Shown here piece after piece: positions 13,346 through 24,843 of a stretch of DNA of 64,000 bases. Each line of letters opens with the position of its first letter. Position 1 is the first letter of the stretch. This stretch comes from Rhina ancylostomus (lineage: Eukaryota). The stretch covers positions 24,065,165 to 24,129,164 of the forward strand of contig JARFYF010000050.1 in the NCBI GenBank assembly GCA_030265395.1, written 5' to 3'. A model generated the notes under the pieces. That model worked only from the letters and a program-made list of their open reading frames with translations. It was not told the DNA's origin and ran no database searches. Position numbers and translations under genes: made by a program.

Positions 13346-14094
13346 CTCCCTCAATAATTACTTCAAAATTCCACTGAAATGTTGAAAAAAATCTACTGTT
13401 TCAGTTTATTTACTAATATTTGAACTTCCCTCTTAATTCATGTATATGTCCTAAATCTTATTTCTCTCTCTGCAAAATATTAAAATATTTATATAAGAGA
13501 GCATTTTCTTTCCAGCTTTGCTGTTGAAACCCTTCAATCTGAATAGCAATTGATGACTTCACTACCATTGCCATGGGTTCCACTGAGGTGCCAGACTGTG
13601 GCTGGCACTGGAAAAAGAAAATCCATGCCCAAAAATGCTTTGGGGGCAGTTTCCTGAGGTCATTGGCATCTGGTTACAGTGTGGAAATTCCAGGCCAATA
13701 TTTAAGTGACAGAGATGGAAGAGACTGGAATTGTTTTCTCCAGAGAAGGGATGGTTTAAGGGAAATAATAAGATTTCTAAGCAAGTGAATAAGTTGCATT
13801 CTGATTATGTGTTTGAGGTTCTCACAAACTCAACAACATAGGCTGGGGGAAGAGCTGCTGATAGCTTACATTTCATTATTAGTAAATCCAATACACAGGT
13901 AGAGAATAGAGGGATATAACTTGGAGAGGTTTAAGGGAGTGTTGGATTTTTAAGTCAAGAACATAATTCTGGAAAAACCAAAATCAGTTTGGTTGATTTT
14001 CCATTTCCTGTGCAGGTTTAAAACAGACACCACAGATCAGCCCTCAGCCAGAGAAATCCCCAGTTTTTCATTCATAGACTCAAGGGTACAGAGT

Positions 14095-14425
14095 GGTAGA
14101 GCATGGAACAGGCCCTTTGGCCCACTAATTGATGCCAACCATCATGCATCCATTTACACTAATCCCATTTTATTCTCCCTACATTCCCTTCAACTTGCCC
14201 CAGATTCTACCTCTCACCTACTCAAGGGGCAATTTATGTTGGCCAATTAACCTACCAACCCACAAGTCTTTGGAAGGTGGGGGTGAGGAACTGGAGTATC
14301 CAGGTGAAACCTATATGGTCACAGGGAGAAGGTGCAAACTCCACACAGATAGCACTGGAGGTCAGAATCAAACCTAGGGGTTGGTGCCAAGAGTAGCAGG
14401 TCTACCAGCTGTGTCACTGTGCTAA
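14095..14425 (-). mobile_element. tRNA-derived HE1/V-type SINE with CR1-type tail
   Basis: Reverse complement shows a tRNA-like head, core tgtggagtttgcaccttctccctgtgacc..gtttc, and tail gggcctgttccatgct. Confidence 0.75.
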
Positions 14426-14688
14426 CTTTCATTGCGGCTTTGGGATCTGCTCAATGAACCAGCAAATATAACAAGCTACTGAGTGCATGTGGAAGATATA
14501 AGGGTTTTCTTTCTGAGCGTAAATGGGAATTTCCAGCATAACATGAAATTTGTTCACTTGTTTGCTTTGACTTGAATTGAATACCTAGTAATGCCAGCAG
14601 TTCTGGACAGAAGGAATAATTCAAAATGAAATGCGATTCAGTAGATATTATTCTTCAATACCTTATTGTGGGTTTACGATTACTTTAG

Positions 14689-14820
14689 GATTTCAGCTCA
14701 CTTGAACCTGCAGAAAAAGATAGCACCAATCACATTGCCCGATTCATTGGCATGTTGGATTCTTGGTATGAGCGAAATATTCTAGATTTACTGACCTTAC
14801 CAACAACTCTTCTTTGCCAG
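14689..14820 (+). CDS. PIK3R5: PIK3R5 coding exon (132 nt)
   Basis: tactttag|GAT...CAG|gtaagc. DFSSLEPAEKDSTNHIARFIGMLDSWYERNILDLLTLPTTLLCQ resembles human [33 protein letters not shown]. Confidence 0.93.
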
Positions 14821-15889
14821 GTAAGCATAAATGCACTTGCAACGTGCAGTTAACATTTTCAGAGGTTGTTTTGGTTTCTTTGTCTCTTTAAGTTTCTGTT
14901 TCTCTGTATTTGCCTTCCTTGACCATTCAACAGAATACCAATATCTTTCATAGATATTTTCTTCAGATGAGCTTGTTATTTAAAGTATTCTTCTTAATTA
15001 TTCCTTGTTGAACCTGATGGCTTTTAATGAGAAAATGAGAAAGGAATTTAGCTGCAGTGACAGGACAATAGTTCATGGAATGAACACAATACAAATGTAA
15101 CGTTATATCTGCCTCAGCAGGAAGTTACATTTGATTATTTTAATGACTACTTCATGTCTAGATGTATTTTATGAAAACCATTTGCAATACTCCAGTTGCC
15201 TTAACTTTGTCCCCTTTAAGCTGTAAATAATTTGCTGTCCCCTTCAGATACTGAGTTCAGGGTTAATGTTGGCTCTGCTTGGGTATTGGCTTCTGACACG
15301 AGAAATATCATTGCTTTTGTCTGTGCATTTCACAGGATATCAATATTGTACCTCGTTGTCAGCCTTTCCTTGGTAGTTGTATAACTAATTACCTTTGGGG
15401 AAGAGATACTGCATCCTCTGCACTCTGCGCTTCTAATGTGAACTCTTCAGCATTTATCCTGCACTAGCTAAATAGCTTGGATTTGTTAAATGATCATTCT
15501 GCAATGGTACAGTTTTCTTTTTATTCCTGTTATTGCATTACAACAAATAGTACATTTGAAAATGTGTTTTCCTACAATGTAAAGTAATTGTCAATTTTTA
15601 AAATGGGAGCAATATATTACATGATACTTCTATAAATGTTCATAAAATTTCCCTACCATTCATGCCTCAGCCATCTGCTTAGCGACAATTTGACCACAGC
15701 TTTGGTCTATGACTCATTCTCGGCCTCCGCTACCAGGCCATGGATCCCCAGGTTATGTTTTCTCATAAATGTTGTAGCAGCATAATGATGATGAAAACCA
15801 CAACTCCAGACCAGTGCAAATGAGACTCAAAGGCAGTCAGCACAGAGTCCAGGTCTATCCCAGCCCCAGGTCTGGCACTACTGACCCTC

Positions 15890-16460
15890 ATCAATTTTCA
15901 TAGATGCACCACAGAAAGCATCCTATCCAGATGCATCACAGCTTGGTATGTCAACTGCTCTGCCAAAAGCTGCAAGAAATTGAAGAGGTTTGTGAACACA
16001 GCTCAGTCTATCATGAAAACCAACTTCTCTCCATTAATTTTGCCTACATTTATTGCTGCCATGGGAAAGCAGCCAACAAAATGAAAGACCCCTCCCACCC
16101 AGGTCATTCTTTCTTCTACCCCCTTCCATTTGAGAGAAGATACAAAAGCTTGAAAATATGTACTACCAGAGTCAAGGACAGCTTCTATCCCATTGTTATA
16201 AGACTCTTGAACAGACCACTTGTGCAATAAAGGTGAACTCTTGATCTGTCAATCTACCTCATCATCCCCTTTGCACATTATTTGTCTACCTGCACTGCAC
16301 TTTCTCTGTAGCTGTAACACTATATTCTATACTGTGTTATTGTTTTTCCCTTTGTACTACCTCAATGTACTTATTATTGGAATGATCTGTCTGGATGGCA
16401 TGCAAGCAAAAGCTTTTCACTGTATCTCGATACATGTGACAATAATAAACCAATAATCAA
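15890..16460 (+). mobile_element. Rex1/Babar-type LINE 3' end
   Basis: KAANKMKDPSHPGHSFFYPLPFERRYKSLKICTTRVKDSFYPIVIRLLN, then a 3' UTR ending tttcactgtatctcgatacatgtgacaataataaaccaata. Confidence 0.8.
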
Positions 16461-17478
16461 TTACCAGTTACTGAATTCACTTAACTTCTGCTCCTAACCT
16501 TTCTTACTTTCATTTCTTTGTCCTTCAACCAACCCCTGACCTGAGAGCCCTGCCACAATAGTCCTAGCCTTTCAACTCCCATTTCTCCTCGGGTATTCAT
16601 GGAGGGATACCTGGTAAGGATACCGTCTACCACCAGATCCTTGTGAGAAGAACATTAACAAATAAGAGGCATAAAGATGGATAGAGAGTTAAAGGCAGAA
16701 TAGAAAAACAACAAAAAACAGATACTGGAAAACTGAAATAAAAGCAGAAGGTGCTGGAGAAACTCAGCAGGTCAGGCAGCATCTGTGGGAAGAGAAACAG
16801 TTAATCTTTCAGGTCTTGGACTCTTCAACGGAAATAACAAAGGGAAACAAGTTAGCTTAGATAATAGTGAAGGTGGGGATGGTGAGACAGGACAATTTCT
16901 CTAGTACAGTGAAATAATGAGGGAAGTTAAAATAAGATTAACTTTTTTTGTCTGTGTAATTTGTGTCTAATGTTATATAATCTGTGGTAAAGTGATAAGG
17001 CAGCCTTTANNNNNNNNNNNNNNACATTCCCAGTTGGAAGCTCGGCTCCCTAAACTGGAGAAACTGTACAGCACTGTTATAATGCCGGCTATCATCAGTG
17101 CATTCCACAAGACTGGTTTATCCATTGGGAACATGGGGTCACTTCTAGGAGTGTGTGATATATGAACTGAAAGAGACAAAACCCAAAGAGAAAGTAGGAA
17201 GGTGAAAGAGTGGGCTTGGTTGAAAACAAATTAAGAGCCATAAATAATAAAAAAAAGTGGAAGATTTTTTTGACACCAATATTGCAAGAGAGATGTGAGA
17301 GAGGAAGTGGGAAACAAAGGGAAACACAATAAAAGGCTGAATGAAGCATATTTTTTGAATGTCGCTGGCTATTGCCATGGAGATGTTTTCTGAATTACTA
17401 ATGAACATTGAATATTATTAACCAAGTTTTTCTCATGAATCTTACTGCTACCATGTCATTGTAATCTGTTTTCTGTAG

Positions 17479-17607
17479 GAGCCTTCCAAGCCAGACAATT
17501 ATCCAGCTGAAAGGTTACCAGAGAAACTTCCCATCATGGGTGACCTGATCCTGTACTATTGTCGAAATGCTACTCGCCCAGTGTTAATCCAGCTTTACCA
17601 AGCAGAG
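17479..17607 (+). CDS. PIK3R5: PIK3R5 coding exon (129 nt)
   Basis: ttctgtag|GAG...GAG|gtgaat. EPSKPDNYPAERLPEKLPIMGDLILYYCRNATRPVLIQLYQAE resembles human [27 protein letters not shown]. Confidence 0.95.
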
Positions 17608-18359
17608 GTGAATCTATAATCTGCATTTGTCACATTTGCACTGTTTGACCATGACTAAGTGAGCTGAATTCAGAGATCAAAGTCTGACCATAGCAAGATT
17701 ATATTTATTTCTGGAAGTGTGTAAATGGAAACAAAATATACAGTCACCTCAATCAATTTATTTGGAGTATTATTTTGTAGATATTTTTGTCCATGTGATT
17801 TGCATTATTATATTCTGTTAATGTGTTTCTTTTGGGAAATCTTTGTGTCCTTATGCAGTGTAAAGTAAGTTTTCCCTTTTTTTATTGGAACTTCCATAAG
17901 TAATCATATGAAATAACTTCTATGGTATTTCTTGAACTGCTTGCCTGAAGCAGAGTGTGAGTGCCCAAAGTGGCCCTCCATTTCATGAATCAAGAGATTT
18001 ATTCGTGGAATAAAAAAGAATAGTTCATACTTTTGTAAAGATTATGGTGTTGATCACCCAGAAGCTGCAAGTTCATATCCTGCCATCGGGAGAATAGACC
18101 TGTCAACTCTTCACAGTCAAGTCTGTATATGATTTTAGTCCAGAATATGTGGTTAACTCTTAATGCCCACTGTGAGGTATCCAGTCAGCTTGGTGAGCCA
18201 GTAATCAAAGATCCACCACTGCTTTCTTAATCTATCCAGAGGCCAAAATAAACAAAAATGTTAGTGTTGGAGACTATCTGCCTGTCCTTTGGTTCTCACC
18301 CTATCCAATGAAACCGTGTAGAGTACAGCTCTCAGAATCTAATTGCCCAAACCTTGGCT

Positions 18360-18580
18360 CAATGATTACTCCTCTTGCATGAGTCAGAAGGCAATAAACT
18401 TAAGTACCACCAGAGACTTGAGCACATGCTAACAGTTCAGGCTAAACAGTGCTGACCTAAGATTTTGAACTGAGCCCTCACTTGACTCATGAGTGGACAT
18501 TAAATATGCCATGGCAATATTCATAGTTGGGCAGAAAGTTCTCCCCATGCCTAGGCCAATATTTACTTCTCAAACAGTAT
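18360..18580 (+). mobile_element. Old Deu-domain SINE (SacSINE1/AmnSINE-like)
   Basis: gagtcagaagg..ccagagacttgagcaca..gccatggcaatatt..gttctcccc..ggccaatatttacttctcaa. Related copies at about 26925-27150 (-), 50555-50800 (-), 56470-56850 (+) and 63400-63640 (-). Confidence 0.6.
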
Positions 18581-19019
18581 TGTATCTAAAATAACATGTC
18601 TTTTGTTTCAAACGAAGTATTGCAGTCACTGAACTAATATCTAAACTCGTGTCATTACTTCCTTTTTTCCTTCTGAGAGATTGGACTTCCTAGATAAATG
18701 AATTCATAGCCAATGCAACTTCCTCATCCAAAAATGATAAATGACTAATCACTTAATTTTAGTTCATGAAATTGCTATACAACTTTGATTCAGCAGTCCC
18801 TATTATCATGCACAAATTAAGCAGCTATTCAAACCATCCACACTGTTATTCTAGGGTGCATCCATTTAAGATGTAAATTGTACATAGGCTATATTATTCA
18901 GTCTATGTCCTGACAATGTTGGTGCCCCTTGACATTTTGCAAAGGCAAGTCAAAGAAAATTGTGTTTCCAAACAGAAAATATGGAAATAATTAGGATGAA
19001 TTGCATCTTCTTTTGACAG

Positions 19020-19113
19020 TTAACTCTGGCTGGGGGAGAGAAGAGATCTGAGGTCTTTGTTTATTCTCTTGAGCTTGGACAATCAGCTGCGACAAGAGCA
19101 ATTAAAGCTTCAG
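19020..19113 (+). CDS. PIK3R5: PIK3R5 coding exon (94 nt)
   Basis: ttttgacag|TTA...TCA G|gtatgc. [31 protein letters not shown] resembles human [31 protein letters not shown]. Confidence 0.96.
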
Positions 19114-20040
19114 GTATGCTTTATTTTCTGTGATTTCAGAAGAATTGTCTCCCATATCTTTGCAGAAAGGCTGACATGTTACTCAGGAAGATGTACATTT
19201 CCAATTAGAAATTCTCTGACACCTGGATGTAGTTGCACTGGACAACATTTGAAAGTTTGAATGCACAGAGCATGTCTATGCCCAAAGACTGTCAGGGTGA
19301 CCATGACAATAATCTCATTCTGCTGCATTGGGATACACTTTTGTTTGTTTTTCAAAGTCGGTGATAACTTTTAAATGCAAATAATTATACATTTCTTCAA
19401 TTAGGTATNNNNNNNNNNNNNNNNNNNNNNNNNNNNNNNNNNNNNNNNNNNNNNNNNNNNNNNNNNNNNNNNNNNNNNNNNNNNNNNNNNNNNNNNNNNN
19501 NNNNNNNNATGAGCTGATTCAATGTCTCTAATTTATTTTATAAAAGCATGAATTCTTCCAACAAATACATTCTAAAATAGCTGGAAATTTAGAAGTTAAA
19601 TCTATTTTGAACTGTGCTGTTACATTTAGTTAACTTAGTGTTACAGTCAAGCTTCTGTTGAGCTGGACTTCTACTTGGGATTAGGCCTGATTCATTTTGT
19701 TAAAATATGCTGTCTCTGTTCGAAAGGGAGAAGTTTCTGTTGTGTTGAAACAAGTGATCAGTAATGCAGCTGGGTGTAACTGTTGAGGAGCCATGAGGTA
19801 ATACCACATAGTTATCTTATGTCTGTACCAACTTAGGTCCCTGCATTCATTCCATTATGTTGAAATACCAGCCTAGAGTGGTTCAAAGTCATACCATGGG
19901 GAGATCTGAACACTGACTAAATTTATTGTATAAACAGCATTGTTAGAGAAGTCCGAAGAACAACTGCACAGATTTGTTTTGGTGTGATTTGCTGATTCCT
20001 GTATTTAATTTGATTCTTTTTTAATTCCAAAATAATGTAG

Positions 20041-20117
20041 GTCCTGGATGTAAAAGACTTGGAATTGATGATGACAGAGAAGCAGTCCCATTAGCACTGC
20101 AGATTGCCTACTGCAAG
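20041..20117 (+). CDS. PIK3R5: PIK3R5 coding exon (77 nt)
   Basis: aatgtag|GT...AAG|gtatgc. [26 protein letters not shown] resembles human [26 protein letters not shown]. Confidence 0.96.
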
Positions 20118-20595
20118 GTATGCTGTGATACATACGTCTCAGTTAGAATTCCTGGAAAATGGTGGCATAGGTTTCGAATGACTCAAAACAAGGATGCAAT
20201 CTAATTGAGAAATGAAGTACATGGCTAACTGAGGAAGAGCGGTATGATGTCAAATTGGAAAATCAGGCACAGAACATCAAAGATTAGCAGTGAGGCTGGA
20301 AGATGGCGAACATGTTAGAAGCTAGCAAAGGATGACCAAAAAGATAGAGGGATAAATTGAGCATGAGGATAAGCAAGCAAGAAATGTAAACACAAATAGA
20401 AGATCTACAAATATATAAAAAGAAAGAACACAACCAAAGTAAATATTGGCCCCTAGGACAATGAGGCTGGGAAGTAATTATGGGAAAGAAGTAAANNNNN
20501 NNNNNNNNNNNNNNNNNNNNNNNNNNNNNNNNNNNNNNNNNNNNNNNNNNNNNNNNNNNNNNNNNNNNNNNNNNNNNNNNNNNNNNNNNNNNNNN

Positions 20596-20730
20596 AGTTG
20601 TGGGCATGCTGTGTTGGCGCTGGAAGTGTGGCGACACTTGCGGGCTGCCCCCAGAACACTCTACGCAAAAGACGTATTTCACTGTGTGTTTCAATGTACA
20701 TGTGACTAATGAAGAAATCTGATCTTATCT
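20596..20730 (+). mobile_element. SINE 3' half (Rex1-tailed family), directly after a gap
   Basis: agttgtgggcatgctgtgttggcgctggaagtgtggcgacacttgcgggctgccccc..atttcactgtgtgtttcaatgtacatgtgactaat; same family as 22060, 30018 and 46135. Confidence 0.85.
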
Positions 20731-20734
20731 TAAA

Positions 20735-21107
20735 TGTTACCTGCCTCGCCCACTATTTCAGGCAGCTCGTTCCAAATACGCACCACCCATTGTGTGAAGA
20801 AGCTGCTCCTGATGCCCCTTTTAAATCTCTGATCTTAAACCTATGCTCTTTTGTTAGCACCCCCTCCTTGGGAAACAGACTGTGAGCTTTCAGCCTGTCT
20901 ATATCCCTCATGATCTTATACACCTCGAGCAGGTCACCACTCAATCTCCTACATTCCAGGGAATAAAGTCCTAGTCTACACAACCTCTCCCTGTAACTCA
21001 GGCCCCTAAGTCCAGGCAACATCCTGGTAAATCTTTTCTGCACTCTTTCTAGTTAAATAACATCTTTCCTCTAACAGGGTGACCAGAACCGTGCACAATA
21101 CTCCTTG
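20735..21107 (-). mobile_element. CR1 LINE fragment
   Basis: ORF 20753..21043 reads QKRFTRMLPGLRGLSYRERLCRLGLYSLECRRLSGDLLEVYKIM. Confidence 0.9.
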
Positions 21108-21484
21108 TAAATGTCTCTGTGTCTTATTCGCAGGGCAGAACCTCTCTGTGCTCCAGAAGTGGGAGGGAGAGGAGGGTGGGTGTCTCCGTTGAACAGGACC
21201 AATTGCAACAGACCCTGGAAGTTTATGATTGGAGAGAGGGAGTTTGATTGGCAGTGCAATGATCCAATCCCAAACAACATAGAGCAGAGCACTCTAGTGG
21301 ACAGTATTAAGACTGCATCCATCACCAGGTGAGAAAATTTGCCTTTAATACCTATACACACCAGTGTTCAGGACTGTGAACCTTTTGTTTGGGTGAGAAC
21401 TCTGTTATTATTGTTTAAATTGAAAATTCATTGAAAACCAAATCCTATCACACACTAACCATGTGCATTTAGATAGCACCTTTA

Positions 21485-21808
21485 ACATCCTGAAGTCCCA
21501 CACCACAGGTTCAAGAACAGCTACTTCCCTTCAACCATTCGGTTCTTGAGTCAACCGGCACAACCCTAATCACTGCAGTTTAGCAACACCATGTCCACTT
21601 TGATCATTTTGCACAAAAATGGATTTTATTTTTGTTCTAATTGTGTTCTCTTGTAAAAACTGTGCATAGTTTATGTTTCATTTAAGATTTTCTTGTGAAT
21701 GCTGCTTATCTGATGCTCTGTGCCTGTGATGCTGCTGCAGGTAAGATTTTCATTGCACCTGTGCACACATGGACTTGTGCATGTGACAATAAACTGGACT
21801 TTGACTTC
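21485..21808 (+). mobile_element. Rex1-type LINE 3' end
   Basis: caccacaggttcaagaacagctacttcccttcaaccattcggttcttga (RFKNSYFPSTIRFL), with tail gcatgtgacaataaactggactttgact. Confidence 0.7.
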
Positions 21809-21867
21809 ATGTACCGTATTACCTGCCTTATGATTTTTCACATGCCAAACTCCTCCTTTGTACACAG

Positions 21868-21952
21868 TGACTGCCAGAACAACACCTCAGCGTGGAAAGC
21901 CCTAAACCTGGGCCAGAGCTTTAACCTGGATGAGTACCTGAACCTCGGCAAG
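21868..21952 (+). pseudogene. Orphan prominin-family (PROM1/CD133-like) exon nested in a PIK3R5 intron
   Basis: Acceptor ctcctttgtacacag|T and donor AAG|gtacgt. 85 nt, phase 2 to 0. (S)DCQNNTSAWKALNLGQSFNLDEYLNLGK resembles recalled human PROM1 [29 protein letters not shown]. 23 of 28 codons end in G/C. Confidence 0.72.
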
Positions 21953-22059
21953 GTACGTCCAGGGTTGTTGGAACCCTGTTCAGTCGCTCACCCAAATCAG
22001 CTTACACTTCTGGCGATTGTTCCAACCAGCAGTGAGACCATTTGAGGTTGGTCTTGAGT

Positions 22060-22318
22060 CAGCGCCAGTGACCCAGGTTCAATTCCGGCCACTGTCTGTA
22101 AGGAGTTTGTACATTCTCCCCGTGTCTGCGTGGGTTTTCTCCGGGTGCTCTGATTTCCTCCCATATTCAAAAGACATACAGATTAGGAAGTTGTGGGCAT
22201 GCTATGATGGTGCTGGAAGCGTGGTGACACTTGTGGGCTGCGCCCAGAACACTCTGTGCAAAAGATGTATTTCACTGTGTGTTTCCATGTACATGTGACT
22301 AATAAAGATATATTATTT
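22060..22318 (+). mobile_element. tRNA-derived SINE (Rex1-tailed family), 5'-truncated
   Basis: B-box ggttcaattcc, core ctgtctgtaaggagtttgtacattctccccgtgtctgcgtggg, tail tacatgtgactaataaag. Confidence 0.88.
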
Positions 22319-22393
22319 TAAGTGTATGTGGATTTTCAAAAGACAATTCAGTAAGATGCCACGTCAATCGTTACTGCACAAAGCAAGAACCCT

Positions 22394-22627
22394 TGGAGCA
22401 GCAAATAATCTGCTGGAGGAACTCAGCAGGTTGAGCAGCATCTGCGGATGGAAAGGAATTGTCGATGTTTCGGGTTGAAACGTTGCATCAGGATGCAGTC
22501 CCAATGCAGGGTTTCAACCCAAAACATTGACAATTCCTTTCCTCCCTCAGATGCTTCTTGACCCGCTGAGTTCCTCCAGCAGATTGTTTGTGGCTCCAGA
22601 TTCCAGCATCTGCAGTCTCTTGTCTCC
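22394..22627. repeat. Palindromic (inverted-repeat) interspersed element with about 100-nt arms
   Basis: tggagcagcaaataatctgctggaggaactcagc..gggttgaaac is the near reverse complement of gtttcaaccc..gctgagttcctccagcagattgtttgtggctcca. Confidence 0.88.
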
Positions 22628-24539
22628 ATAGGAACTCTTGGCCTTGGAGGTAACATATGAGCATGGAGCGGGGATTTGACCAATGAACAGTGTAGAGAAA
22701 AATGAGCAATTTCCATGTCACACCCTTAGAGTTTAGAAGAATGAGAGTGGGCTTGACAGGACAAAAGCTGAGAAGATATTTCCACTCATGGAAGAATCTA
22801 GAACTAAGGATCATAATTTAAGACAGATAAGGAAGAATTTCTCCTCTTTGGAATTCTCCACCACAGAGACCTGGTGGTCATTGAATGTGTATATGGTCAA
22901 GCTAAGTATTTGGTCTATAGATCAGTCATGGGTCATAAGGAACAGGCATGAAAATGGAGTTGGTTTCATGACAGAAGATCTTACTGGATGGTTCAGGAGG
23001 GTTGGAGGGGACGTGTAACCTTTTCCTCTTAATATTTCTTATATTCCTGAGTGATTTAATGTTACCATTTTAATAAACGAATATAGGAAGATAACCATCC
23101 AGCAGTGTAGTGTTACGTATTAATTTTATCTGATGTTAATATTTGTTATAGATTTCATAAGACAGAAGTATGAAAGTCATATTAATGATGTTTTGAACAC
23201 AATAATATTCATAAAAAATAACTTGGTCTAGAATTAAAGCAAATAGGAAGAGTTTTTAGATCCCTTTAAAAGTAGGTTTGTGGAAATAATTTCGATCACT
23301 GGGTGAGCAGACGTTGGGCCATGCCACTGCACCAGTTTAATGATGGGGCAGTGGGGTGCAGGTCAAAGTTGAAGAAAAATGGTGCTGTTGTGATTTTTTT
23401 TAATGAAATGTTTTAAAATTGAGTGATACTTGAGAATGTAATCTGGAACATATAATTTTCAATGTATAATTATTTTTAAGATATACATCTCAGAAAGAAG
23501 GAACTGGTTTCAAGGTTGAATTGTTCCTATTTTTATGCAGTCCATTTTGCAACAAGCCTTTGCTTGCACTGCAGACTCCTGTTAACTGGAAAGTTAACTG
23601 TCTGAACAGCTGAAGAGTGCTAATGGAAGTAGTTAAAGCTGTGCCAATGTTGATTTCAAAATAAAGAGAGTAACATTTACTTATAATATCATACCAGAAT
23701 TGACAAATATACTCTCTTGCCCTGATAATCAAAAGTAGAGAAAATACTACACAACATAAAATATATAATTTATAAATGTTTTCTTATGCTCTTAAAGAAG
23801 AGTAGAAATAAAAGGGACACTTTGGTTTAAAAGGGATAATCTCTGAAAATACAGAGGCTAGCAACAAATGACAGACAGCCTTAGCTTCAACCAAGTTAGA
23901 AGGGTTCAAGTTTGTCCAGAGACCTGAACACTTAAATAGAAAGAGTATACTGGAAATACTACACAGATCAGGAAAATCTGTGGAGAGACAAAGAGTGTTA
24001 ATACTTCAGACCTATGACATTTCATCAGAAATGAGAAAAGTTAGCAGTCATGTTAGCGAACATGTTTTAAGTTGCAGATAAAAGTGGAGATAACAAAGAT
24101 GAATGTCTGTAACACTTTGGAGACCAAGAGAGATTAAATGACACAGATAGTCTTGGTGCCAAGTGAAAAAGAGTGGTGAAGGCTTATTTGTTATAACTGA
24201 TCTGCATGCAGGGGATGTAAGTAGAAGAAGATGAATAAGAACAGAAGAAAAAAAAATGCTGGGATCATGGCCAATTGCAGTTGCTGGAAATCTGAAATAA
24301 AAGCAAATGCTGGAAATACCCAGCATATCAGGCAGCAAGTGTGAAGGCAGATTAAAACTGAATTACTGTTATAGTTTGATGGCATTTCCTTAGAATTTGT
24401 CAGTTTTTACACAAACCAGCAGAAAAACTATCAAAGATTATGTTGTCAATGAACACAGCAGTGAGATTAGTAACTCAGTTACTTTTAAATTTGCAAATAA
24501 ACATTTTTTTTCAATTAAATATATAATGACATGCAATAA

Positions 24540-24700
24540 GAACAGAAAATGTTGGAAACACTCAGCAGATCAAACAGCATCTATGAATAATGAAGGTTCT
24601 AGGACCTGAAACATTGACTGTTTCACTTTCCAGTGATGTTACCTGACCTGCTGAAAGTTCCCAACGTTTTCTGTTTTTATTTCAGATTTCCAGGTTCTGT
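24540..24700. repeat. Palindromic element, same family
   Basis: aacagaaaatgttggaaacactcagcagatcaaacagcatc pairs with gatgttacctgacctgctgaaagttcccaacgttttctgtt. Confidence 0.75.
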
Positions 24701-24843
24701 GTTTTCTTTTCATTTTCATATAAAGACATGCAAGTTAGTAAAATTGCAACTCTAAAAATTATTGTTTAAACATTTATTACGGAGAGGAAAATATGTCAGC
24801 AACATATTTTAATAGTTTATAATAGACATTTCTCTTCCACCAG

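Noticed and set aside
14016-14095. Acceptor-like catttcctgtgcag|gtttaaaacagac as a possible extra PIK3R5 exon
   Set aside because: No convincing donor before it runs into a SINE and no p101 similarity. The flanking exons already join in frame.
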